Assembly (NCBI RefSeq): GCF_009914755.1
Contig: NC_060933.1
DNA length: 64,000 nucleotides
Origin: the human T2T-CHM13v2.0 reference genome, Homo sapiens
Direction: 5' to 3' (one strand)
The position numbers were made by a program, and so were the translations under genes. Positions 31,345 through 43,460 of this stretch are shown here, one piece after another (position 1 is the stretch's first letter; each line of letters opens with the position of its first letter). The notes beneath the pieces are model-generated. The model ran no database searches. It had not been told where the DNA came from and saw only the letters and a list, made by a program, of their open reading frames with translations.

Positions 31345-31570
31345 CAGCTCAGTTCCATTTCGCCTGAATATAGAGAATGGCCATTGTATGCCAGGACTTG
31401 TGATAGATTATGAAAATTTAGAATACAAAAGTAAAATAATTTCACACTTGTTTTTCTAAGCAGTATTACTATCAGAGGAAACATGTACATGAGCAGATTA
31501 TAACAAAACAGAATGGTAAGTCACTTGACAGAGCTTTGTATGAGGTGTTAGGGAGGCACATAGCATGGCC
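31345..31570 (-). mobile_element. L2 LINE 3' fragment
   Basis: 'TATGCCAGGACTTGTGATAG...ATAACAAAACAGAATGGTAAGT' resembles antisense L2. Confidence 0.5.
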
Positions 31571-34500
31571 ACCTATTCCACATTCCTTGATTTCACTGTT
31601 CATGATTATTGTTATGTTTGGGATACTAAGAATCCTGATGACATCATTCTTTTATCTTACTTGAGCTTTTCTAGCAAGAATGTTTTCAATGTGAGTCTTT
31701 TTATAGCAAAACTTCTGACATCAGAATATCATTTCTACTTCTGTTTTTCATATATTTTAGCTTTGATTTTATAGCTTCCCTCTTTTTATATTTTTCTTCT
31801 GCCTTCTGGAATTTTTAATGTCATCTTCTAATTCACATATTTATTCTTAAGTGTATCATCTTCTTTGATCAGTTATTATGTTTATCATTTCCACCAGTTT
31901 ACTTTTCAGATTTCTTGTTCTTATGTTACTAATATATTTCCTTATCTTCTAAAGTATTACAGTTATTTTACATTATTGATCCATCCATTCCAGTGTTCAG
32001 ACAGTTTATTGAGTTTGTCTTTCTTTAACAGTCCTTGCAATCTTTATACATCTAGTTATCTTCCCTAGGTGCTCATTTCACCATGATGGTATACTTACTG
32101 TGTCTGGTAATATGTACTATGGAATGCCCAAGGCCATGCCTTCCTCTCTGTATGTCCAAGTTAATTTAGAAAAAGAAAACGGGCTTAATTTCAGGAAAGA
32201 GAGCTCAGGACTATTATTTCTCTTTGCAGTCCTCCACCAGGCAACTGCTGTGATTGGGATTTATCATCAATACCTTAGGAAGAAGCAGCATTGAGAAAAG
32301 GTTATTCGTCTAGTTTGTCATCTACAAACTTGGAGTTTAAAGAAAGGGGATGGAGAAGAGAGTGATTAAGTGGGGAGATATAAGGCACTATGGATAATAT
32401 AACAATCCAAGTTAAAAGGGAAATTTAGACTGACAAAATATCTTTGGTTTGCTCTCTTAACCAACATGATAAACAATGTGATAACAATTCAGGCTCAATG
32501 ACGCTACCAGTTATGGCTTTTGTACTTAGGGCTAATTTTTCGTTCTTTGGACTTTAGTGTACCCATAAATAAAACGGGAATATGATAGTACCCAACTCTT
32601 AGGGTTTTGTGATGATTAAATGATACACTATTATATATAAATTTTAGAGTTCCAAAAATGAGTGTGTTTTACTCTGGAAACTTAAAAGGTGCTTTATTTA
32701 ATTTTAAGAAATACATGGCTGTTGTGTAGGCTTACTAAATGGTTTAGGTATTTATTTATCCCATGAGTTTGTGGGATTGTGCATCTGGGGTACAATAATT
32801 TTTAAGTGTTTAGTTCTTTGAACAATTATGCAGCATACATACAGACCTCTCTGCCTCCCTCTCTCCCGAATGCAATCCACTGTGGGAAGCATGATTTGTA
32901 GCTAATAGTGAACATCAACTTGGTGAAAAAATAAATTTTTCTTACAATGAATTTCTCTCTTTAATAGGGATTTAATTTTGTTAAAAGTAATAACAACTAA
33001 ATAAAGAATGTTTTCTTCATCCAGTAAGATCACTGACTTTCTCAAATAACTGGTGATGCTCTAGTATGTCCATAATGGCAGATATCCAGATCCCAGTGTG
33101 ACCTGCTTTAAACTTTGAGAAAACAGATATGCGCATTAAAGGATAATGGTTTTATGAGGAAATATAAATAATCTCAACTAACCAGACTCCATTGATTTTC
33201 ATAGTTCCATTGTAATAAATGAAAACAAATCTTGTGCTAATTTTAAAGATCATAGATGCTAAGAGGGGCCAGTTTAGAGAATAAAGTGATACAGTAAAAT
33301 GAAAAAAAAAGGAGAAATTTCTTTTTCATTTTGTGTGAAAGACCAGTATTTAAAGATTGCAGGATCAATAGCACATTTCTGCTTGAATGAGAGACAGTGA
33401 GATCAGGAAAACATGACGTATAAACAAAAGAAAATGGACATAATTGTTCTTGCATTATATTAATAAATATAGTGGTAAAATGGAAACTAGAACGGATATG
33501 TAAAATGACTAAAGGAACTGCAGTGATAAAGTAAATTATTAATAGAAAATACCGTATGTTCAACTCATTAGTAGTATTTAGATCTCTGACCCACTTAGAA
33601 AGAAATAGTTTTTCTGTCTTAGTGTTCATAACTGCTGAACAGGCCAGGATTGGCAACTATAACTAGGACTAGATTTCCTACAGTAAATCATTTAAGTTGC
33701 ATGTAGTACCTATTATCAAAAAGCAAATGAAGAATTCATTTAATAGTGTATGCTGGTTAGGAACCTTCATTGAAACCTGATTTTCCTCCACGAAGTGTAT
33801 ATGCCTTCACCATCTGTAGTTCTCAAATTCAAGCCATGCTAATGCTAACAAAGTGGCTGGCTTGGCAGATCAATCAGAGAGGGAGCCTGGAGATTTACCT
33901 ACTTTGGAAAGGTAATTTAAAACTAAATCCACCTTTAGAAGTGAGTGTCCCATTTGTGTTTATAGGTTTCACTAGAGGGGAGCCCTACATATTAGAAGCA
34001 TTTCCTTTTGTTTGCCAATAGCAGTGAAGACTAAGGCTAAAACCCAAAAGGATATGACTTACACAAGAATGAGCATATGGCTGTCAAAGTTTTAATCACT
34101 AGGAAAGGAAAATATAGTTGCAGCTTGTAGATAAACAGCTCTGTTTTAGCAAAAGCCAGATGAGGACAGACTTGGTTGTAAGATAATTGGTAAAAAATGT
34201 CAGCCCTTTAAAGGAGCATATCAGTTTTGCATGCTCAATAAAACAACAACAACAACTCACCTAAGGAGAGGTGAGTCTAACAGGAAAAATTCAAGCAGCA
34301 GAAAAATTTGGTACAATAATCTCCTATGAACTAAATTACCTGAAGTATTTTATCAGTATCTTTCATAGAGTTAAGAGGCAGGAGTTCAGGCACTGCATTT
34401 AAAAATGGTTTGGCACAGTCATTGCCAATGTTACTAAAACTTCTAAAGGGATAAGGAAACAATTTCTTGTGCAATTTTGGAGGATCATATGATTCATACT

Positions 34501-34794
34501 ATATTGGAATTTTCATGGTAAAATTGTCAATCCCTTGGTGATTTTTCCAACTTTCAACATAAAATTGCAAGTCTGTTTTGAAATAGGAGCAAAGTGCAAT
34601 CTGTCTTTACAAGAGCTAAAATGTTTGCAAATTTCATAATGTTATCTTATTTCCTGACTGTACGTGTTCCTTTAGAATCTTTGACCAAAATCCATTATTT
34701 ACTTGTAAAAAGTTAAAGGCTCAATGATAAAATATACAGTACTCCTAAATGTGCTGGTCAAATAGACTCAAGAAAACTTGATATGCTTTTATTT

Positions 34795-34826
<32 letters not shown>
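34795..34826. repeat. (AAC)n microsatellite
   Basis: About 10 perfect AAC units. Confidence 0.95.
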
Positions 34827-34982
34827 AACCTACTTAAACAAATGTGGACCATTTTTCAGCAAATATTTTTTAAAAGCCTACTTTTGACTAGGCAGGCGTT
34901 GTTCTTTGTGTGAAGCTGTAAACTTGAACTTTGTTATATATTTACTATCATGATGTTTCTCATGTCTTAGCTTCATATCCTG

Positions 34983-35147
34983 TCTTCCCTCCCTCCATCA
35001 CTCCCTCCCTCCCTTCCTTCCTTCCTCCCTTCCTTCTTTCCTTCCCTCCCTCCTTCCCTCCTTCCCTTCCTCCATTCCTCCCTTCCTCCGTTCCCCCCTC
35101 TCCTCCCCTCCCCTCCCCTCCCCTTCCCTTTCCTTCCCTTCCATTTC
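34983..35147. repeat. Polypyrimidine (CCTT/CCCT/CCCCT)n tract
   Basis: ~165 nt almost exclusively C/T on + strand, abutting the HERV-H 3' LTR. Confidence 0.95.
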
Positions 35148-35549
35148 TTTCATGCGCTTCCATGTGAAGAGACCACCAAACAGGCTTTGTGTGAGCAACA
35201 GGCTGTTTATTTCACCTGGGTGCAGGTGGGCTGAGTCTGAAAATAGAGTCAGGGAAGGGAGATGGGGTGGGGCCGTTTTATAGGATTTGGATAGGTAAAG
35301 GAAAAAGGGGGGTTGTTCTCTGGTTGGAGGAGTGGGGGGTCACAAGGTTCTCAGTAGGGGAGCTTTTGAGCCAGGATGAGCCAGGAGAAGGAATTTCACA
35401 AGATAATGTCATCAGTTAAGGCAGGAACAGGCCATTTTCACTTCTTTTGTGGTGGAATGTCATCAGTTAAGGCAGGAACTGGCCATCTGGATGTGTATGT
35501 GCAGGTCACAGGGGATATGATGGCTTAGCTTGGGCTCAGAGGCCTGACA
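35148..35549 (-). repeat. 3' LTR (LTR7B-type), AATAAA at 35206-35211
   Basis: Minus strand TGTCAGGCCTCTGAGCCCAAGCTAAG...CATGAAA; two copies of 'TTCCTGCCTTAACTGATGACATT'; preceded by purine tract AAGAAGACAGGAA. Confidence 0.92.
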
Positions 35550-35699
35550 TTCCTGTCTTCTTATATTAATAAGAAAAATAAAATGAAATAGTGGTAAAGT
35601 GTTGGGATGGTGAAAATTTTGGGGGTGGTATGGAGAGTTAATGGGCGATGTTTCTCAGGGCTGCTTCCAGTGGGATTAGGGGTGGCGTGGGAACATAGA

Positions 35700-35990
35700 G
35701 TGGGAGAGATTAAACTGAAGGAAGATTTTGTGGTAAGGGGTGGTATTATGGGGTTGTTAGAAGAAACATTTGTCATTTAGAATTATTGGTGATGGCCTGG
35801 ATACAGTTTTGTATGAATTGAAAAACTAAATGGGATAAGAGAAGGAGAAAAACAGGTATTAAAGGACTAAGAATTGGGAGGACCTAGGACATTTAAGTAA
35901 AGAGTGCCTAAGAAGGTTCAGTATAGCCTTGCCAGCAAAGATTATTTATTTACTTCAAGAGTTAAGAGTGGCGATTTGGGGATAGCACCA
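35700..35990 (-). pseudogene. HERV-H env remnant (TM C-terminus only)
   Basis: Minus strand 'CAATTCATACAAAACTGTATCCAGGCCATCACC...CACCCCTTACCACAAAATCTTCC' resembles the HERV-H TM tail; only ~0.6 kb separates the pol end from the LTR. Confidence 0.6.
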
Positions 35991-36139
35991 AGAGATATCA
36001 GCTGTGATGGCTTGGAGAAACAGTGTAAACTGGCAGTGTAAACAAGAGCAGGGCAGGTATGAGTAGTTGAGAACGGTGAATATGAGTATGACTAGACAGA
36101 AGATAGTAGAGATGGCAAGTTTTCTGGGGCACAGTCCAA

Positions 36140-38003
36140 GTTGGTCTAGTGTCTGGAATGAGACTGGGGCCTAATAAAAAGGAGCATCTATACAGGAGCT
36201 CAAATGGGCTGTACCTTTTAGCATTCTGAGGACAGGCCTGAATTCTGAGAAGGGAAAGTGGTAAAAGTATTGTCCAGTCCTTTTTAAGTTGGTGGCTAAG
36301 CTTGGTGAGGTGTGTTTTTAAAAGACCATTATTCTGTTCTTTCCTGAAGACTGAGGACTGTAAGGGATATAAAGGTTTCACTGAATACTAAGAGCCTGAA
36401 AAAATGCTTGGCTGATTTGACTAATAAAGGCCAGTCTGCTATCGGACTGTATAGAGGTGGGAAGGCCAAACCGAGGAATTATGTCTGACAGAAGGGAAGA
36501 AATGACCATGGTGGCCTTCTTAGACACTGTGGGAAAGTCCTCTACCTATCCAGTGAAAGTGTCTACCTAGACCAAGAGGTATTTTAGTTTCCTAACTCAG
36601 GGCATGTTGAGTAAAGCTAATTTGCCAGTCCTGGGCGGGGGCAAATCCCTGAGCTTGATGTGTAGGGAAGGGAGGGGCCTGAATAATCCCTGAGAAGTAG
36701 TAGAATAGCAAATTTGCCAGTCCTTGGTGGGGACAAATCCCTGAGCTTGATGTGTAGGGAAGGGAGGGGGCCTGAATAATCCCTGAGGAGTGGTAGAATA
36801 GCAGATGGAACACTGAGAAGTTATTTCCTTGAGGATATATTTCCACGATGGAAAGGAAATGAGAGGTTCTAAGAGGCGGGCTAGTGGCTTGTACTATAGC
36901 ATAGCCTGCCTTTGCTGGTGTGTGGCGATTAGGCCTGGTGGAACTGCCATCAATAAACCAAGTGTGATCTGCGTGAGAAACAGGGAAGAAGGAAATGGGG
37001 TGAACGTCAGGTGGATCAGAGAGATGCAGTCATGAGGGTCAGGTGTGGTATCTGGAATAATGTGGGAGGCCGGATTGAAGTCCGGGCCAGGAACAATTGT
37101 AATTGTGGGAGACTCAACAAAGAGTGAGTACAGCTGAAGGAGCCGGGGAGCAGACAGTATATGCGTCAGGTGTGAGGAAGAAAATAGATTTTGGAAATTA
37201 TGAGAGCTGTAGAGAGTGAGTTGAGCATAGTTTGTGATTTTAAGGGCCTCTAAAAGTACTAGGGCGGCAGGAGCTGCTGCACGGAGACAAGATGGCCAGC
37301 CTAAAACAGTAAGGTCAAGTTGTTTGGACAGAAAGGCTACAGGGTGCGGTCGCAGCTCTTGTGTAAGAATTCTGACTGCACTAACCGTGCCTAGGAAAGA
37401 AAAGAGTTGTTGTTTTGTAAGGGATTGAGGTTTGGGAGATTAGCTGGACACGATCAGCAGGGAGAGCACGTGTGTTTTTATGAGAATTATGCTGAGATAG
37501 GTAACAGATGAGGATGAAACTTGGGCTTTACTGAAGTAAAGGGGGCTGTCTGTGAAGCCTTGCGGCAGTACAGCTCAGGTAATTTGCTGAGCCTGATGGG
37601 TGTCAGGGTCAGTCTAAGTGAAAGCAAAGAGAGGCTGGGATGAAGAGTGCAAAGGAATAGTAAAGAAAGCATGTTTGAGATCCAGAACAGAATAATGGGT
37701 TGTAGAGGGAGGTATTGAGGATAGGAGAGTATATGGGTTTGGCACCACAGGGTGGATAGGCAAAACAATTTGGTTGATAAGGCGCAGATCCTGAACTAAC
37801 CTGTAGGTCTTGTCTGGTTTTAGGACAGGTAAAATGGGGAAATTGTAAGGGGAGTTTATAGGCTTTAAAAGGCCATGCTGTAACAGGCGAGTGATAACAG
37901 GCTCTAATCCTTTTAAAGTGTGCTGTGGGATGGGATATTGGCATTGAGCAGGGTAAGAGTGATTAGGTTTTAATGGGATGGTAAGGGGTGCATGATGAGT
38001 CAC
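36140..38003 (-). pseudogene. pol: HERV-H pol remnant (RT, RNase H, integrase), frameshifted and deleted
   Basis: RT 'PILPVLKPDKTYRLVQDLRLINQIV...VLDLKHAFFTIPL'; IN 'FAPAQDWQI', 'NGLLKTHLTKL...YSPFELLY'; I see no YxDD after LPQGF. Confidence 0.9.
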
Positions 38004-38019
38004 TAAGGAGGGAGTAGAG

Positions 38020-38390
38020 GTGTCTTATACTTGTGGGTTAAGGTGGGGAGATACAAGGGGAGGATGTGAAGGAGGCTTTGAACTGGGGGAAAAGGTGGCA
38101 ATGAGGTGTGGCTGTAGCCCAGGAGTAGTCAGGGAAGCAGATAATTTAGTTAAAGTGTCTCGGCCTAATAAGGGAACTGGGCAGGTGGGGATAATTAAAA
38201 AAGAGTGCAAAAAGAGTGTCTTCTAAGTTGGCACCAGAGTTGGGGAGTTTTAAGAGGTTTAGAAGCCTGGCTGTCAATACCCACAACAGTTATGGAGGCA
38301 AGGGAAACGGGCCCTTGAAAAGAAGGTAATGTGGAGTGGGTAGCCTCCGTATTGATTAAGAAGGGGACGGACTTACCCTCCACTGTGAGA
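38020..38390 (-). pseudogene. pro: HERV-H protease remnant
   Basis: 'VPFLINTEATHSTLP' (DTGA degenerate to NTEA) and 'CPVPLLGRDTLTKL' in two frames. Confidence 0.88.
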
Positions 38391-38519
38391 GTTACCCGAA
38401 GCTCGGCATCTGTGATGGTCGTCTAGGGGCTTCCGAGGCGATCAGGCAGCATCAGTCTTCAGCTGCTAAGCCGAGAAGATCTGGGAAGTAGTCAGAGAGC
38501 CTTGGGCCAGAGTTCAGGG

Positions 38520-39650
38520 GCTCTGGGAGTGGCTGCCAGGTAAATTGAACAGTCTGATTTTCAGTGGGGTCCTGCACAGTTGGGACACAGCTTAGGAGGA
38601 ATCCCAGGCTGCAGGCATTCCTTGGCCTGGTGGCCAGATTTCTGGCACTTGTAGCAAGCTCCTGGGGGAGGCGGGCCTGGAGGAACACTTGGCCACTGTG
38701 ATTGAGGCATTTGGAAGTTCTTGTGTGCTGGAGATGTGGCTGGGGTTTGTCTCACAGCGGAGGCAAGGAATTGTACACCTTGAAGGTGAGGTTAATTAAG
38801 TCCTATTGTGGGATTTGAGGGCCGGAATTTAATTTTTGGAGTTTTATTTAATGTCGGGAGCAGATTGGGTAATAAAATATATATTGAGAATAAGACGGTT
38901 TTTTGACCTTTTAGAGTCTAGGGCTGTAAAACATCTCAGTGTTGCTGCCAAACGAGCCATGAACTGGGCTAGGTTTTTATATTTGATGAAAAAGAGCCTA
39001 AACGCTATCTGATTTGGGATAAAGAAAAAGGAGCATTAACCTTGACTAGGCCTTTAGCTCCATCCACCTTTTTAAGAGGATATTGCTGGACAGGTGGGGG
39101 AGGGCTAGTCATGGAACGAAACAGTAAGCCAGACCGGGTGTGAGGAGGGGAGGTGATAAAAGGATTATAGGGTGGAGGAGTGGAGGCTGAGGAAGAATTG
39201 GGACCTAGCTCAGCCTGGCGAGGAGGGGAGAGGTTAGATGGGTCTGTAGAAAAGGAAGATTAGAAAGACTCAGTGATGCTTGGGGTTGGGACTGAGGGGA
39301 CAGGTGGGAGGGAAAGAAGGAAGATTTGGGATGAGGTGCATTGGGAACAGAGACTAGGGAGAGACAGATGTGTAAAAGAACACCTGGATGTCAGGCACCT
39401 CAGACCATTTGCCCATTTCACGACAAGAATTATTTAGATCTGGTAGGATGGAAAAATTGAAAGTGCCGTTTTCTGGCTATTTGGAACTACTGTCGAGTTT
39501 GTATTGGGGTCAAGTGGCATTGCAGAAGAAAATAAGATGCTTAGAGTTTAGGTCAGGTGAGAGCTGAAGAGGTTTTAAGTTCTTAAGAACACAGGCTAAG
39601 GGAGAAGAGGGAGGAATGGAAGGTGGAAGGTTGCCCATAGTGAAGGAGGC
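38520..39650 (-). pseudogene. gag: HERV-H gag remnant
   Basis: 'MGNLPPSIPPSSPLACVLKNL' N-terminus; nucleocapsid CYKCQKSGHQAKEC and second knuckle CPNCAGPH*KSDC. Confidence 0.88.
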
Positions 39651-40128
39651 AAGCCCAGAGAAAAAAGAGTAGAGACACGGAGAAGGGGTGGGGAGTTCTT
39701 GCCCTCCAAAAAAGCAGAGAAGGGGTCGGGGCATGGAGATAAGAGGTCACGGTATGGAAATAAGGGATCAGGGTGCAGAGATAAGAGGTCGGGGTTCCTG
39801 CCTCTCCCCCAGAAAAGCGGGACTTGCCGCTAAGGGTGAAGGACCAAGGCAGGTGTCCCTGTGTGGTCTGACACCTCTGAAACCTGGGTGAATAATCAGA
39901 GAGGTGTCCCTGCAGTGATTAAACACCAAGGGAAGGCTGCCTTCCCTAGTCCGTGACCGGGGCCGGAGTTTTGGGTCCATTGATAAAACATGTCTCCTTT
40001 GCCTCTACCAGAAAATGAAAGGAATTGAAATTAAGAGAAGGGAGAGACTGAAGTGTGGTGCCAAGATTGAAAGGAGAAAAAGGTTGAGGGATAGTGAGGG
40101 AGGTTGGAGAAAAGAGTAAAAAGAGGCT

Positions 40129-40137
40129 ACTTACCAG
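40129..40137 (-). other. HERV-H major splice donor
   Basis: Minus strand CTG|GTAAGT about 145 nt downstream of the 5' LTR, the expected position. Confidence 0.75.
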
Positions 40138-40260
40138 ATTTGAAATTGGTGAGATGTTACTTGGGCTGGTCGGTCTGAGGACCTGAGGACATAGGTGGAT
40201 CTTTCTCATGGAGCAAAGAGCAGGAGGACAAGGGATTGATCTCCCAAGGGAGGTCCCCCC

Positions 40261-40278
40261 ATCTGAGTCACAGCACCA
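40261..40278 (-). other. Primer-binding site for tRNA-His
   Basis: Minus strand TGGTGCTGTGACTCAGAT just after the 5' LTR; two CpG-type mismatches to TGGTGCCGTGACTCGGAT. Confidence 0.9.
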
Positions 40279-40280
40279 AA

Positions 40281-40683
40281 TTTCATGCGCGTCCATGTCA
40301 AGAGACCACCAAACAGGCTTTGTGTGAGCAACAAGGCTGTTTATTTCACCTGGGTGCAGGCGGGCTTAGTCTGAAAAGGGAGTCAGCAAAGGGAGATAGG
40401 AGTGGGGCCGTTTTATAGGATTTGGGTAGGTAAAGGAAAAAGGGGGGTTGTTCTCTGGTTGGAGGAGTAGGGGTCGCACGGTGCTCATTAGGGGAGCTTT
40501 TGAGCCAGGAAGAGCCAGGAGAAAGAATTTCACAAGATAGTGTCATTAGTTAAGGCAGGAACAGGCCATTTTCACTTCTTTTGTGGTGGAATGTCATCAG
40601 TTAAGGCAGGAACCGGCCATCTGGATGTGTATGTGCAGGTCACAGGGTTTATGATGGCTTAGCTTGGGCTTAGAGGCCTGACA
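40281..40683 (-). promoter_or_regulatory. 5' LTR (LTR7B-type); TATAAAA at 40411-40417
   Basis: Direct repeat of 35148-35549; TATA and adjacent GC/GT box retained; promoter activity is inferred only. Confidence 0.9.
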
Positions 40684-41019
40684 GTTTCCACATATATTTG
40701 AAGTTTCTTTCATATGCCATGCACTAGCTGAATGAAACATAGACTTGGCCATTTCAAAGTTCACAGTGGGAATTGATATGTAAACACCAAAGTATGATAG
40801 CAAAAGTATGAAAATTAGATTCACAAGCTAAAATATTAACTACAGACTAAAAAGCAAAAGGCTCAAACAAACAAACAAATATACCACATATTTAGGTTGA
40901 AAGATGCTAAAGTGATTAAGCCAATCTTACCCACATGGAATATTCATGCATTAGACCGGAGAAGGTGCAGATACAGATGCTACACTGGAGATTATGTATA
41001 AAAAAATTCTCAGAGGTGT

Positions 41020-41175
41020 TGCATTGATTTCCTATTATTGCCATAACAAATTACCGTAAATTCATTATCTTAAAACAGCATGCATTTATTATTTCATCGT
41101 CTGTAGTTCAGAAATTTGGCATGGGTCTCCCAGAGCTAAAATCAAGGCACTGTCAGGGCTATGTTCTCTTCTGGA
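41020..41175 (-). mobile_element. MLT1C/D MaLR LTR fragment
   Basis: 'TGCCATAACAAATTACC...CTTAAAACAGCA...GCTAAAATCAAGG'. Confidence 0.7.
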
Positions 41176-43043
41176 CATACTGATTTCCTTTCTTTTGGAT
41201 GTATACCCAGTAACGCTGAATGCTGGATCATATGGTAGTTCTGCTTTTTAAATTTTTGTTGAACCTTTATATTGTTTGCCTTATGGCTGTATGAATTTAT
41301 ATTCCCACTTACAGTGTGCAAAGTAGCCCTTTTCTTCACATCCTCCCAACACTTGTTTTCTTTTGTCTTATTGTTAATAGCCATTTTAATAGGTGTGAGG
41401 TGATAGCTAATTGTGGTTTTATTTATTTTTATTTTTAATTTTTATTTATTTATTTATTTTTGAGATGGAGTCTTGCTCTGTCACCCAGGCTGGAGTGCAG
41501 TTGTACAATCTTGGCTTATTTCAACTTCGGCCTCCCAGGTTCAAGCAATTCTCCTACCTCAGCTTCCTGAGTAGCTGGGATTACAGGTGCATGCCACCGC
41601 ACCCAGCTAATTTTTGTATTTTTAGTAGAGATGGGGTTCCATCATCTTGGCCAGGCTGGTCTCAAAAGTCCTGACCTCGTGATCTGCCTGCCTCAGCCTC
41701 CCAAAGTGCTGGGATTACAGACATGAGCCACCATGCCCGGCTTCATTGTGGTTTTAATTTGCCATTCCCAGATACTTAGTGATGTTGAACAATTATTCAT
41801 ATACATGTTGGCCATTTATATGTCTCTTTTTGACAAATGCCTATTCATCCATTTTTAAATTGTCTTGTTTTCTTGCTATTGAGTTGTTTAAATTTCTTAT
41901 ATATTTTATATGTTAATACATTATCAGATTGATAGTTTGGAAATGTTTTCTCATGCTCTGTGGATTGTCTCTTCACTGTTGATTTTTTTTCTTGGCTGTG
42001 CAAAAGCATTTGTTCATTGTAATCCCATTTATCTATTTTTCCTGTTGTTGTTTGTGCTTTTGGAGTTATATGTAAGAATTATTGCCCAGATCAATGTCAT
42101 GGAGGTTTTGTCCTATGTTTTCTTCTAATAATTTTATAGTTTTGGGTCTTACATTTAAGTCTTAAACCCATTTTGACTTCATTTTTTGTATATGTTGTGA
42201 GACAAAGGTCCAATTTCATTCTTCTGCATGTGGATATCTGGTTTTCCCAACACCATTTGTAGAACAGACTATTCTGTTCCCATTGTGTATCTTGGAATTG
42301 TTGTCAAAAATCAGTTGACTGTATATGTGTGGGTTTATTTCTGGGCTTTGCATTCTGTTCCAGTGGTCTATGTGTCTGTTTTTATGCCAGTACCCTGTTT
42401 TTAGGCTACTATAGCTTTGTAGCGTATTTTGAAGTCAGGCAATGTGATGCTCCCAGGTATATTTATTTTGTTCAAGATTGCTTTGACTATTAGGGGTCTT
42501 TTTTGTGTTCCATACAAATTTTAGAATTGTTTTTTCTTATTCTGTGGAGAATGTCATTTGTAATTTGATAGGGATTGCACTGTGTCTGTAAATTGCTTTG
42601 AGTAATATGGATATTTTAACAATATTAATTATTCCAATCCATGAACATAGAATATTTTTCATTTATTTGTGTCTTCTTCAATTCTTTCATCAGCGTTTTA
42701 TAGTAGTCAGAATATAGGTCTCCCCACTCTTTGGTTAAATTTATTCCTTTTTTTGTAGCTATTGTATATGGTATTATTTTCTTGATTCCTTTTTCTGATA
42801 GTTCTCTGGTAGTATATAGAAATACTATGCATTTTGTATGTTAATTTTGTATTCTGAAGCTTTACTAAAGTTGTTTATTAGTTCTAATGGTATTTTAGTG
42901 AAGTATTTAGGGTTTTCTATGCACACTCTATATGATTCTATATATATTTTCTGTCATTCACAAACAGGGACAATTTAAGTTTGCCCCTTCCAAGTTTGAT
43001 GCCTTTTATTTCTTTCTCTAATTGCCCAATTCCTCTGGCTACT
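41176..43043 (-). mobile_element. L1M (L1MA-like) ORF2 fragment, interrupted by an Alu
   Basis: 'GCTGGATCATATGGTAGTTCT', 'CATTCTTCTGCATGTGGATATC', 'TTTGATAGGGATTGCA' antisense ORF2 motifs. Confidence 0.9.
41422..41742 (-). mobile_element. AluS element
   Basis: Full dimer, T/TTTA tail; TSD ATTGTGGTTTTA at 41410-41421 and 41745-41756. Confidence 0.95.
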
Positions 43044-43314
43044 AATAACACTCTGCCTGGGATCCTTTGATGATGATTTTATTCATAAATGTTTGTTTTC
43101 TTCTCCACCAGTACTGGGACAGAAATTTGCATATAATTGGCACTCCATTAAAATTGCTTGCATTATTTCAGCCTAGGGTAAATACATGGTAGCTGTAATA
43201 AAACCTCTCAACCACAACATAATCCGAATAGAACCAATGATCCCAATTGTCTAGTGATTGCAAAATTATATTAACCTTAGGTAAAGTCCATTGTGTATAA
43301 ATTATGGTAGAAGC

Positions 43315-43460
43315 TTAGTGCAGGAGAATGAACAATAGTTTTAGTGTCAGAAAATGTGAGTTAAATTCCCAGCTTACCTTATTACTGGACCTATGACTTG
43401 AGGAAGTTTTGTGGGTTTTTTCTCTTTTGTTTATGTCTCTGAACTTTGGTTTCCTGAATA
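43315..43460 (+). mobile_element. MIR SINE fragment
   Basis: 'GAGTTAAATTCCCAGCTTACCTTATTACTGGACCTATGACTTGAGGAAGTT'. Confidence 0.5.

Larger units (their letters stand above)
35148..40683 (-). mobile_element. HERV-H provirus, two LTRs, common internally deleted (RTVL-H2-like) form
   Basis: Two ~402-bp direct-repeat LTRs; PBS-His; gag zinc knuckles, protease, RT and integrase fragments on minus strand; near-TSD ATTTC/GTTTC. Confidence 0.97.

Noticed and set aside
33243-33656. 137-aa minus-strand ORF in non-repeat DNA (also 30779-31087, 60714-61040)
   Set aside because: No recognisable domain; composition typical of random AT-rich ORFs
34931-35198. P/S-rich and G/E/R-rich ORFs
   Set aside because: Produced by the polypyrimidine simple repeat
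37614-38003. 129-aa RT ORF as an active reverse transcriptase
   Set aside because: Only an N-terminal fragment; no YxDD seen downstream and adjacent frames are broken
38340-38565. G-to-A changes (DTGA to NTEA, Trp to stop) as APOBEC3 hypermutation
   Set aside because: Too few sites, and NTEA is as I recall shared by many defective HERV-H copies; needs a consensus alignment
39715-39795. ~21-bp tandem units in the HERV-H leader
   Set aside because: Known variable leader repeat of HERV-H; no unique spacers, so not CRISPR-like
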